Assembly: GCF_001194135.2 (NCBI RefSeq)
Contig: NC_068988.1
Span: forward strand, 16,597,868-16,633,449
Direction: 5' to 3'
Source: Octopus bimaculoides
Lineage: Eukaryota
DNA length: 35,582 nt
In this document: positions 10,075 to 21,505 of the stretch, in pieces
Layout of the letters: each line of letters begins with the position of its first letter
How positions within the stretch are numbered: position 1 is the stretch's first letter
Position numbers and translations under genes: made by a program
Notes under the pieces: generated by a model
Seen by the model: the letters and a program-made list of their open reading frames with translations, nothing else
What the model was told of the DNA's origin: nothing
Database searches by the model: none

Positions 10075-10293
10075 TGTGTTTGTCCCTCACATAACCACTT
10101 GACAACCACTGTTGTCGTGTTTACGCCCCGCTAACATAGCGGTTCGGCAAAAGTGAGCCGATAGAATAGGTACCAGGCTTTAAAACAGTAAGTACTGGGG
10201 TCAATACATTCAGCTAAATATTCAAAGCCGTGCCCCAGCATGGCCGCAGCATAATGACTGTAACATGTAAAACATAAAGGATAGAAGATAGAC
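10075..10293 (+). mobile_element. SINE 3' portion (family E)
   Basis: GTGTTTACGCCCCGCTAACATAGCGGTTCGGCAAAAG...AAGTACTGGGGTCAAT...GTGCCCCAGCATGGCCGCAG. Shares AGTACTGGGGTC and GGTGCCCCAGC with 14700-14850. Confidence 0.7.
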
Positions 10294-10427
10294 ATACACT
10301 CACACATACACACACACAAACATATATGCATGTATGGATGAATATATGTTTGTTATATATATCTATATATGAATGTATAAACATATGCATGTATAAATGT
10401 ATACCCCTCCCCTATGTGTTTTCTACA

Positions 10428-10616
<189 letters not shown>

Positions 10617-11663
10617 CTATACTCACACATGCATGCACATTAATGTATCCATGTGTGTACGTGTACGTGTTTCGATTAGCAAAAATAATAATCGCCCCTA
10701 AATTATAACGTGATATTTATAAACAAAATCTGTAATTGTCTTATGTTACATAGAATTAATAGAAATCAATTCATTGAGGGAATACGTTGGTTTCGAAAAA
10801 TGTTATATATTTTCGTAAATTCTGGGATTGAAAAATCAAGCAATTTCACGTCACAAATGGAAGATTACTTCAGAAAGTGAAAAATACTGAATAATCGACG
10901 TCATCTTAAATATTGTTTCCAATATAAACCGTAATTTTCAAATGATGATTAGATTGAAAATTAGATTGTATTAGAAAAATAAATGTAATAACTATAACTG
11001 ATATCCTCGAAAAAGTGTTATTGCATTTTAGCTAACGTAATGAAAATTATAATTTAATCTTATAGCAATGGAATGAGAAACTAAATTGGAAATTAAATTC
11101 TGTCGTATGAGAAAAATGTGAATGTTCAGTTTAGATTGCAACAGTAATTTCATGTTATATAAATGCCAATGTCGCTAGTTAAGTTCTATTGAGCATTGCC
11201 AAAGCGAAATACGTTTATTGGAAAACGGTGAAACAACAACATTAATAACAGAATAACCAAAAATAATGGCCCCCAAAAATGGATCCGGTTCTGTAAGGAG
11301 AGGAACATATGATGGAAGAAATTGGTTCTATTGACGCAGTATTGACCTCCGAGGACAGATGTTCTGAAGACGGACTGATATGATTAAAGTCATTTTCTTT
11401 GGGAATCGAAATACTTGTGTCAGCTTCAATGGAATTCAATGGTATTATATTACAATCTTGAATGCATTCTTGTGTCTGTGACGTTGTCATTAATTAAATG
11501 CGTTCCCTGGAGTCTAGAGTCTACACAATGATTGAATAAAATATATAAAAAAAAACAAAGCAAAAAGTAAAGCAAACGTTACAATGAGAGAGTGATGCAT
11601 TAGAAGTAATAGAAAATGAAGAAGGAGAGATAACGAGAGGAAAGAGAAAATGAGATATACACG

Positions 11664-11704
<41 letters not shown>

Positions 11705-12715
11705 CATACAAAAGTTCGAATATATCTCCATACGTCTGTGTGTATCTCTGTGTGTGAGTATGTGTGTATGTATGTATGTATGTTTGTATGTGTGTGTTTG
11801 TATGTGTGTATGCATCAGTGTGCGGTACTGATAGGTAGACAAATAGAGAGGCAGGTAGAGATCGTGAATTTATTTGAAAGAGAAACACAAATTTTGCCCT
11901 CTCAACATCTGTGTGCGCGGGTGTGAGTGTATGCATATATATACTTGTATGTGTGTGTGTTACGTCACTGCGTGTTGTTGTGTGTGGTTGTGTGTGAATG
12001 CGTGTGCGTGTGTCGGAGAACTATTTGAACAGGAAGAAAAACGTGGAAGGTAGTTAAGGATAGGAGAACAGATGAAAACTCCGATAATGATTATGACGAT
12101 AATAATGAATAAACGTATCATTTAAAAAACTCAAATCCTAATGAAGAAGAAGCGAAATATATAATAAATGCAAGAAAATACACAAACAGAGCTGTGTAAA
12201 ACAATAACGACTATAGATATTGTGATTCATATAATGGAATATCATTTTATCTATTTATATTCAGTATCAGTGTCGTGAAGAACAGCACAAAAGATATTGG
12301 AATAAAGAAACGGGGAAAAATATGTATATCTATACTGATACAGTAGAGCGTTATCAGGCAACTCCACAAGATAGCCACGAAATGGTGTCTAACTTCATAT
12401 AAACGTTCTATTGTTGAGTTTCTTACTCATATTCCTCAAGTCATTAGGCAATTATACGTGCATACTGGCACACAAGCATACATGCATACACACATACTCC
12501 ACCGCACTTACAAACACTCATAAGCACACACACACACGCACACACACGCACACACACACACACACACACACGCACACATGAATACATATGTACGCATGTA
12601 TGTACAAACATTCAGGCACATACCTTCTTATTAACACGTGTATCTATTTATACATCAATATTTTTTTCAGTTATGTATCCATTTATGTGTAAATATCTAT
12701 ACATACATGCACACA

Positions 12716-12731
12716 ACACACACACACACAC

Positions 12732-12822
<91 letters not shown>

Positions 12823-12857
12823 TGTGTGTGTGGGTGGGTCTGTGTGTGTATAAATAT

Positions 12858-12900
<43 letters not shown>

Positions 12901-12910
12901 GAGAGAGAAA
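12716..12910. repeat. (CA)n-(TA)n-(TG)n array followed by (GA)n
   Basis: Direct reading. Confidence 0.95.
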
Positions 12911-14417
12911 GAAAGACAGACAGAGAGAGTTAGAATGAGTGAGAGAGAGGCGATTGAGTATGCAAAAAAAAAAGAGAGAAGACAATTAGAGAGAGAGACG
13001 GCAGAGCGAGATGTCGGCTGTTAAGTAGACATTCAGTAACAATATGCCCTTCAGTACCCCTTTTGTCCATGTAATTATCTTGTTCTTTTTATGAGATGCG
13101 ATTGTTCTGTGTCCTATTTCCATATCTATCTGATTCTTGGTAACATTTGAAATTGCTTTGTATTCTAACTCACGCCATGACCTATCCGCTTCTAAATGGT
13201 TATGCGCGCACATTGAATTATACAATCAAAATACTAACTTTCAGTCCTGATAGCACTGTTCATATTCTCTTTGTAGAAGTTTTATATGTGTAAAGGATAT
13301 TACCAATTATATCTCAATGTAAAGATGTATTTAGTGTTCAGATTTTCAATTCCAGCTGACTCAAAATTATAAATCCTAATACGTCACTGTTATTTTCATC
13401 CACAACTCCTCTTAGATGGATTAAAAGCAAAAGCAACTTGAAAGCGTTATGAATACAAAATATAAAGAGACAGAAAAAAGTATCAGAATGAATTCTAACT
13501 ATAACCATTATTGTGATTTCTCAAGACAAATAATGTATTTGAATTTTGCTACAGAGTATATGAGCATTTTAATTCAATTCTTAAACACCATTAAGTATGA
13601 AAATGCCTAACGTTTTTACAAAATATTTTCAAATAGTATTGTTATTAGATAGAATCTCACTGAACGGAAAAGACATTACGGTATAGAAAATGACAGTAGC
13701 CATTGCATTCCCTCAAAGAAAATATCAAAAAATTTCCATTGATTTTTACATAAAATAGAAAGCTCGAGTTTTACTCATTCACCATCATAGAAAATAAACA
13801 AGACAAAGAAACAATGAATGAAAGTTTTGTTTGTATACAGGAATATAAGGTTACTACCGTACTGCAGTCAGTAGTTAACAAAAGTCACAAGTTTGACTAA
13901 TCCATGTCATAAGTATGCATGAGATCTGCCACTCAAAGCAAACAACATATATGGAGCGGCAAAGTGCAATTGTTCAGAATAGCACTGAGTAAATAGTTTT
14001 ATTAAATGACATTTTGTCCAGTTTCCCCCTGACTTAGTATTCATAAATTCTATTTTTTCATATCATTTGGTTGATATTAGCTACCAAATATTTTGTTGCA
14101 TATGGCAACATCGTACTTTCACTCCTATGTAATATGGTGACTGCCATTTTCTATAGTGGATCTACTGTCATAAACAAGTGATAATTTTTATTTTTGAGGG
14201 GTCATTTTCCAAATAATATCATTTTGATTTTATTGAGTGGTTTCCGAATGAATTCTTACAAAATTTTAAATTTAACATGGACTTTCTCTCCAAATGGACA
14301 ATAATTTACATAATTCTAAAAGTATGTGGATTACTTTTTTCTGTAAACGTAAATCATATAGCAGACATCTACAAAAAGTGACATGTATTTCTATCCATTT
14401 GCGTTATTATAATTGTT

Positions 14418-14586
14418 GAAGCGGCGAGCTGGAAGAATGCTTAGCAAGTCAGACAAAATGGTTTGCGATATTTTTTCCAGATTTAATTTGTGAGTTCAAA
14501 TTGCCTCGAACCCCGCTTTGTCTTTCATGCTTTTGGAATGATGAGTTAAGTACCAGTTGAACAGAGGGGAGTCAATGTAATTGACT
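14418..14586 (+). mobile_element. SINE family B, degenerate
   Basis: GCGGCGAGCTGGAAGAATGCTTAGC...GTGAGTTCAAATT...AAGTACCAGTTGA...GTCAATGTAATTGACT. Confidence 0.75.
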
Positions 14587-14699
14587 ATCACGCTCCACCA
14601 TACATTCAGGCATTATATTTACACAAGAACGGATTATAATTCTAAGGCAGTTATAATCTGTGCGTGTGGGTGTGTATGTATGTGTCCTTTTGTTTGTGC

Positions 14700-14850
14700 T
14701 TGTCTCCTAACACCGTTTGGCAACCGATGTTGCTCTTTTTACGTCTGTATGAGTACTGGGGTCGATTTGTTCGGCTATACTCTTCCAGGCGGTGCCCCAG
14801 CTTAGTAACAGCCTAATGGCTCAAAGAGGTAAACGGTAAAAATTAAGTAT
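14700..14850 (+). mobile_element. SINE family E fragment with internal deletion
   Basis: GAGTACTGGGGTCGATTTGTTCG...GCGGTGCCCCAGC resembles 10075-10293. Confidence 0.6.
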
Positions 14851-15221
14851 AAACATAAAGATATAAATAATTTCTTTTAGATATTTCACAGAATATTCAA
14901 AAATATACAAAAAATATTTGGAAACAATTCCTGCATTATTAATATGGTAAAAGAAAAGAAATTAAAAAGAAGTTAAAAATATCTCCTCATTGTCAAGTAA
15001 CATGTTTATAAGATCCCGTTTAAGACGATCGAGCTTCAAGCATAGCAGTTATTAAATCGCAAAATCAATATAATTATGTAATTGCTTGCTGAGGTTTAAT
15101 TGCAGAAACATTTCAACTAGAGGAGATCAATATTCTCATTGCTCAGTAATAATTTAATTATTATAAAGATTTAATGCAATTAATCCCAAATTTCAATGAG
15201 GTTGTTGTTGCTGCTGTTATC

Positions 15222-15272
<51 letters not shown>

Positions 15273-15468
15273 TCTATTATTATTATTATCGTCAATATTA
15301 TTATTATCATCGATAATATCATTACCACCATCATCATAATCACCGTCCTCCTCTCTTCCTCATCGTTATTATCATCATCATCATCCTCATCATCATCATC
15401 ATCATCATCTCCCTCCACTTCATCCTCCTCCTCCTCCTCCTCCTCCTCCTCATCATCATCATCATCTT
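15222..15468. repeat. Compound (AAT)n/(ATT)n/(CAT)n/(CCT)n trinucleotide array
   Basis: Direct reading. Confidence 0.95.
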
Positions 15469-15579
15469 TACCATTATTTTACACAAAGAAATGGTGCCTC
15501 GCTGGAGCTCTATAAGGGAATAGATTTGGTAATATGTATTCATTTTTATTTTACTTTACATGTAAAAAAGTGAACGGTT

Positions 15580-15712
15580 CGGAATTTGTTAGCACTAGGG
15601 GACAAAATATGTTCAAAGTTCAAACCATGCCAGTATTGACTTTACCTGCATCCCTTTCAAGGTCGATAGAATAAATGCCACTCTCCCACTGGCTCGATGT
15701 TATCCACTAGCT
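15580..15712 (+). mobile_element. Highly degenerate SINE family B fragment
   Basis: GTTAGCAC...AAGTTCAAACC...TTGACTTTACC...AAGGTCGATAGAATAAATGCCA...CTGGCTCGATGTTATC. Confidence 0.5.
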
Positions 15713-16408
15713 CCCTCCCACCAGATATCATGTCTTATGCCTATAATAGAAATGTTTTAATAATATAGGAAATTCCAAGAAGAGAAATTTCATAAATTTT
15801 CATGTATTATGTTTCTTATACAGTTCTTTCATATTCTTTTCTGAATAGGAGGATAAAACTAGGAGTTTTTTGTGTCGTAATTCCGCATTCTCTCTATTTC
15901 AACCCTTGATTTTTTTATCGTTTGAATTGTTTACCTGTTCCTTCGAGTATCAGGGTATTGTTGTATAAGTTGAAACTGGTATTTGAATAATGCTTTGACA
16001 TAAAGAACATCCCATAAATTTGACAGAGCACATCATTAACGTGTAATGAAATTTCATTTGGCAACTGTAGTGTATTTTGTCAATAAACAATGTATTATGT
16101 ATCCCATGCGCATATAATATATCAATCGAATATCCTATGAATATCATTCTCACGTGTCCTCATATATAAGGCTATTTCGGTGAAATCTATATAGATCAAG
16201 AAATACAATTTTTATTCATTATAAGTTCAGGTTGTGTGCGTTGCTGTGTGAGCTTGCGTGCGCGTGTGTGTAAATAAGTGGACATTTTACCGGTGAGTTT
16301 GTTAAATTATAAGACACAAAAAGAAAATGACTCTCCTCAGACACAACAGAATATGCTTCAACACACGAACTCACATAAAGAATCTTGCAAACCAAATCCA
16401 AAAACGAA

Positions 16409-16445
<37 letters not shown>

Positions 16446-16838
16446 NNNNNNNNNNNNNNNNNNNNNNNNNNNNNNNNNNNNNNNNNNNNNNNNNNNNNNN
16501 NNNNNNNNNNNNNNNNNNNNNNNNNNNNNNNNNNNNNNNNNNNNNNNNNNNNNNNNNNNNNNNNNNNNNNNNNNNNNNNNNNNNNNNNNNNNNNNNNNNN
16601 NNNNNNNNNNNNNNNNNNNNNNNNNNNNNNNNNNNNNNNNNNNNNNNNNNNNNNNNNNNNNNNNNNNNNNNNNNNNNNNNNNNNNNNNNNNNNNNNNNNN
16701 NNNNNNNNNNNNNNNNNNNNNNNNNNNNNNNNNNNNNNNNNNNNNNNNNNNNNNNNNNNNNNNNNNNNNNNNNNNNNNNNNNNNNNNNNNNNNNNNNNNN
16801 NNNNNNNNNNNNNNNNNNTATATATATATATATATATA

Positions 16839-17030
16839 TGGGAGAATAGACAAATAATAACAACAGACGAGGACATGTGGTGTAAATAACAAAAGTATAT
16901 ATTAGTATGACGCTCGGGAATACGGAAAGTCTTTGACGTTTCGAGCTACGCTCTTCAACAGAAAGAATACGGAGACAAGGAGAAAAACACGGAGAAAAAA
17001 AATTGAATAGTGTTCAGTCAACAGTCAATC
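16839..17030 (-). mobile_element. Short PLE pLTR-like relic containing a minimal hammerhead
   Basis: About 190 bp GC-richer segment between TA-rich flanks, containing the motif listed next plus a purine-rich tract. Confidence 0.55.
16930..16966 (-). ncRNA. Minimal type I hammerhead ribozyme with one core deviation
   Basis: Minus strand reads UCUUU-CUGUUGA-A-GAGC(GUA)GCUC-GAAAC-GUC/AAAGA. Stem I is 5 bp, stem II is 4 bp, helix III is the palindrome ACGU and the triplet is GUC. The core is CUGUUGA rather than CUGAUGA. Confidence 0.7.
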
Positions 17031-17859
17031 ATATATACATATATGATGTGTATTTCTCCATTTATATTAGAGATGTTTTGTCGACATTCCGTACTGAAGA
17101 TTTGAATGTTCACTATTGTCATTTTCAATGACAATCATATTTATTTGATTAAGTTTCATCCGTTCCGTATGTGTTTAAGTATAGTTGCGCATCTTTTTCT
17201 GAGACCTTTTGCGTTCTGTGTTCTACAACTATGATTTCCGTTGCTATTTCACAATGCACATATAGTGTTCAGTAATAGCAAGTTTCATCTCATGTAACTG
17301 CGTGAGCATATCTTGTCCTATCATTGCTTCTAGCCCTTTACCCAAAACGCACTGAGAAATCCATGCCTAAAGTCGATGTATTTTATACCTATTAATGTTT
17401 ATCATCATGCTGATGGAAACAGCTCCGATGAATGTAAAATTTAATTACTGTAGAATATAGAGTACTATAACTTTCATCCTTAAACCAAACAAAAACACAA
17501 CCCGCTGATTACAGTAGGCCCAAATAAAAACTGCACCGATGTAAACCGAAATATAATTCACACTGCTACATTGACAACTAGCAAACATAAAATTTTTCTA
17601 AGCAGCCAAATTTAATTTACAACGAAATTATCTCTGAATGTGTTGCATTAGTTTTGATAGACGCTTAATATAACGGTTAGATTTTGCGAATTTGTATCTC
17701 TGATTCGTTGGGAAATATAAAATAATTAAAACCATTTTGTGTGAGTATTCAGTGCATTATCATCAACCTAAATTGTCCAAATTCATGCCAAACACCAAAT
17801 TTCAGTTATTTTTTCTTTGCTATCATCAGAATACTTCATTACACTGTTAACTATATATC

Positions 17860-18062
17860 GGCTTCAAATTTTGGCACAAGTCCAACAAGTGGTAGGAATA
17901 AGATAATTAAATCGACCTCAATACCCAAACTACTTCCTATTTATCCCGAAGTGGATAACAGGCAGAGATGAATTCAGCAGAATTTTAACTCTGAACGTGA
18001 AGATAGACGAAATGCTGGTAGGCGTTTTATTCAGCGTGTTAACGGTTCTCCATCCTCGCCGA
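17860..18062 (-). mobile_element. SINE family B, degenerate
   Basis: GGCTTCAAATTTTGGCACAAG...AACTCTGAACGTGAAGATAGACGAAATGC...GTTAACGGTTCTCCATCCTCGCC. Confidence 0.75.
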
Positions 18063-18082
18063 GCTTTTGTTATTTATATTTT

Positions 18083-18284
18083 GGATTCAAATATTGGCAC
18101 TTGGCCCCCACCAGCTTTGGAGAGGGCGTAAGCCGATTACATCGACCCAGTGCTCAGTTGTTACTTATTTTATCGATCCCGATAAGATGAAACGTAAAAC
18201 GGACCCCAGTAGCGTTTGAACTCAGAATGTAAACGCTTAACATTTTGCTCGGCATGCTAACTATTCTTCCAGCTCGTTGCCTTA
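18083..18284 (-). mobile_element. SINE family B
   Basis: CGATTACATCGACCCAGTGCTCAGTTGTTACTTATTTTATCGA...TTTGAACTCAGAATGTAAA...TGCTAACTATTCTTCCAGCTCGTTGCCTTA. Confidence 0.85.
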
Positions 18285-18830
18285 TTGTGTATTATGTATT
18301 AAAATCTATATCCATTTGACCAAACACTTTGGAAATACTCTGTTCCATTATTAACATTAAAATACATACATGTCGCTATTTTGTCACTTACTGAAAATTA
18401 TAAGATATTTTCCTACTGCATAGAACGTACATTATCTGCATATAAAACGTATATCTGCGAAATTTCTTCATTATATCTGGAAAGTACCATACATTTCCGT
18501 TGACAGTCACTTAAAATATAACCACTAATTGCATATTCCCTTCTTTTACTACGAAGCAAATTGCAGCTGATAGAAAAATATTTCCATAAATCACAAATTG
18601 CCAGAATGCCTTCGTCTGACCTGCTCCGTAAGCAGAGTTAACCTCAGTGAATCAACAATTTAAAGTGCGTTATATTTAATATATATATTTCTCTTTCTCT
18701 TTCTCGTGTTTAGATACTTGCCACTGATCACTCTGAATCATACTTCTAGGGTCAGGTTTCATTCAAACACACGCACACACACTCACGCACGCACGCACAA
18801 ACGCACGCACACATACACCACACACACACA

Positions 18831-18880
<50 letters not shown>

Positions 18881-19334
18881 NNNNNNNNNNNNNNNNNNNN
18901 NNNNNNNNNNNNNNNNNNNNNNNNNNNNNNNNNNNNNNNNNNNNNNNNNNNNNNNNNNNNNNNNNNNNNNNNNNNNNNNNNNNNNNNNNNNNNNNNNNNN
19001 NNNNNNNNNNNNNNNNNNNNNNNNNNNNNNNNNNNNNNNNNNNNNNNNNNNNNNNNNNNNNNNNNNNNNNNNNNNNNNNNNNNNNNNNNNNNNNNNNNNN
19101 NNNNNNNNNNNNNNNNNNNNNNNNNNNNNNNNNNNNNNNNNNNNNNNNNNNNNNNNNNNNNNNNNNNNNNNNNNNNNNNNNNNNNNNNNNNNNNNNNNNN
19201 NNNNNNNNNNNNNNNNNNNNNNNNNNNNNNNNNNNNNNNNNNNNNNNNNNATATATATATTAAAGAATGCAATACAATAATATTGCTATCCAGTAAAAGA
19301 AAGCACCGTAAGGTTAAAGTATAAATATAGAATT

Positions 19335-19509
19335 GTGGTACAACAATGCACCAATATTTACTGGAAAGAGCAGTCGATAATATACGACACTATAGTAAAG
19401 CTTCACTGTGCATATATTGGCAATATATATATATACAGTGAAGCTTTACTATAGCGTCGTATAATATCAATAGCTATTTCCAGTAAATATTGGTGCCTTG
19501 TTGTACCAC
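19335..19509. repeat. Fold-back inverted repeat, 75-bp arms (MITE-like or PLE-type inversion)
   Basis: 19335-19409 vs the reverse complement of 19435-19509 shows 7 mismatches in 75 bp and no indels, with a 25-nt TA-rich spacer. Confidence 0.93.
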
Positions 19510-20984
19510 TATATATATATGAGTTGAGGTGTATGTCTGCGAGCATAAGTTTATCTGTTAATATGAATACTAGTGTACAGGTGTAACAAAATTGTTATTT
19601 CGCCAACGCATAAAATATCTCTCTATAAAATAATAAGTATCAGACAGAAATAAGCTCTATGACAGACTAAGACACCAATAAATGTGATACTTCTCTTCAG
19701 CCACAACACAATGACTGGTGTGAGAGAAAGTATAAAGTTACACTTGTGGATCTCTTAAGATTTACTGTACATCATAGAGTATTTAATATAGTTTCTTTTG
19801 GAAACAGACTTTTTCATGTCAATTATCTGCAAACAATGTCGGTAAGTATTTAAACTATTATTAGTTTTTCCGAGGGGAAATTTTATTCCTCACCCATTCG
19901 CCTTTCTATTACGTATTATACTGAAACTCTTATTTCTTCGTCCTGATTTGAATTTAATCATGAGAACGGTGATCTGCTCACTTGTATTCAGGCGAAAACT
20001 TTATATCGAAATTATATTGCTTGTAAGGTTTTAGTATTCAAATCGATTGTGCAGTGGTCAAATAAAATCGTTGCTATTCAGATAATAATTTACGACGTTG
20101 TTTTAATACTTTTATCAATTTCCCTCTATTAAAGTAAATGCGAAGATGAACATAAAGAAGCATTTCTCTTCTATGTAGTCCTTCTGTCAGCTTTTGTGCA
20201 AGATATATATTCATTTAAGTTAGATACGCCATAAAAGTCTTCAGATCATAATATTTTACTTATATGATATTAATTTGTTAAATCACGTTTTTAAGATGCT
20301 GAGAGAAGAAAATCAGCTTCAGCCAGATGAAATATGCATAAGCAAAACTGACACAGACAAATTATTCAACTAAATTATATTTTGCGATAAAATACGTGGC
20401 TGGGGATTTAAACAGAATATGTGTGCTTGTGTATAGAGCACCAAATATAAATGAATAAATATATTTGTTTGAAACTGTAAGAGGATGACAATAATGGATT
20501 CCATGTCTTCCTCATTTTATAGAAAGTGCAGAAGCTACGGCGTAGTTCGTGAGTGTGGGAAACGGAAATTTGGCTGTAAGATTAAAGACATGGATGAAAG
20601 ATTTCCCCAGGTTTATCAGAGACATAATAAGTACCTGTTCATGCTATCTATGCTAAAGTTTGAAGACGATATACTGAAGGCATAATTTTGATAGGAAACT
20701 ACAATCTCTGCTTGTATATGACTTCTAAACACACAAAAACACACACACACACACATATAAAGTGAAGATACTATGGCGTTTAATAATTATACCGGAAGAC
20801 ATTTGTTTTGGGGAAAATTACTTAATTTCAGTTTATTCTATTTTACGCGTTTGAAAGTAAGCACCAGCCGAGTACTGGTGCAACATACACACAGGCACAC
20901 ACGCACACAAACACACACACACACACACACACGCACACAAACACACACACACACACACGCACACACACAACCACACACAGAGTA

Positions 20985-21068
20985 CCAGGTGTGTACTGGG
21001 GTCCATATGATCGATTTATCTTTATCCCCGAAATTGCTAAACTTATGGCAAAATTTGAAACCAATATT
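20985..21068 (+). mobile_element. SINE 3' fragment after a (CA)n tract
   Basis: GTACTGGGGTC...ATCCCCGAAATTGCT...GGCAAAATTTGAAACCAA matches the family B 3' end. Confidence 0.5.
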
Positions 21069-21138
21069 TCCGCTAAAAATATGTTATTTCAGAAAACACT
21101 TTAATTTTATCAAAATTGAAAAATGATTGCATAATATT

Positions 21139-21330
21139 GGTTTCATATTTTGGCAAGGGGAAGCAATTTCGGAGAAGTTGGGATGACGAATGTTTCAGCC
21201 CCAGGGCTCAAATGATACTCATTTTATCGCCCTCGAAATAATGAAATGCAAAGTGGACTTCGGTGGAATTTCTACTCCGGAAGTAAAGACAGTGGAAATG
21301 TTGCCAACAGTGTGCCTTCAAACGATTGCA
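21139..21330 (-). mobile_element. SINE family B, degenerate
   Basis: GGTTTCATATTTTGGCAAG...CATTTTATCGCCCTCGAAATAATGAAATGCAAAGTGGACTTCGGTGGAATTT. Confidence 0.7.
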
Positions 21331-21340
21331 TGATACTCAT

Positions 21341-21505
21341 TTCTATTACAGGCACAAGCCTGAAATGTTAGGAGAGGGGAAAAGTTGATTTCATCAACCC
21401 CAGTCGATAACTGGTAATTATTCGATCGAACTCTAAGAAATGAAAGGTCAAGTCAAACTCAGAGGAGTTTGAACTCAAAGCTTAAGGTTAGACGAAATGC
21501 CGCTT
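21341..21505 (-). mobile_element. SINE family B, 5'-truncated
   Basis: GGCACAAGCCTGAAAT...GATTTCATCAACCCCAGT...ATGAAAGGTCAAGTCAA...GAGTTTGAACTCA...GACGAAATGCCGC. Confidence 0.75.
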
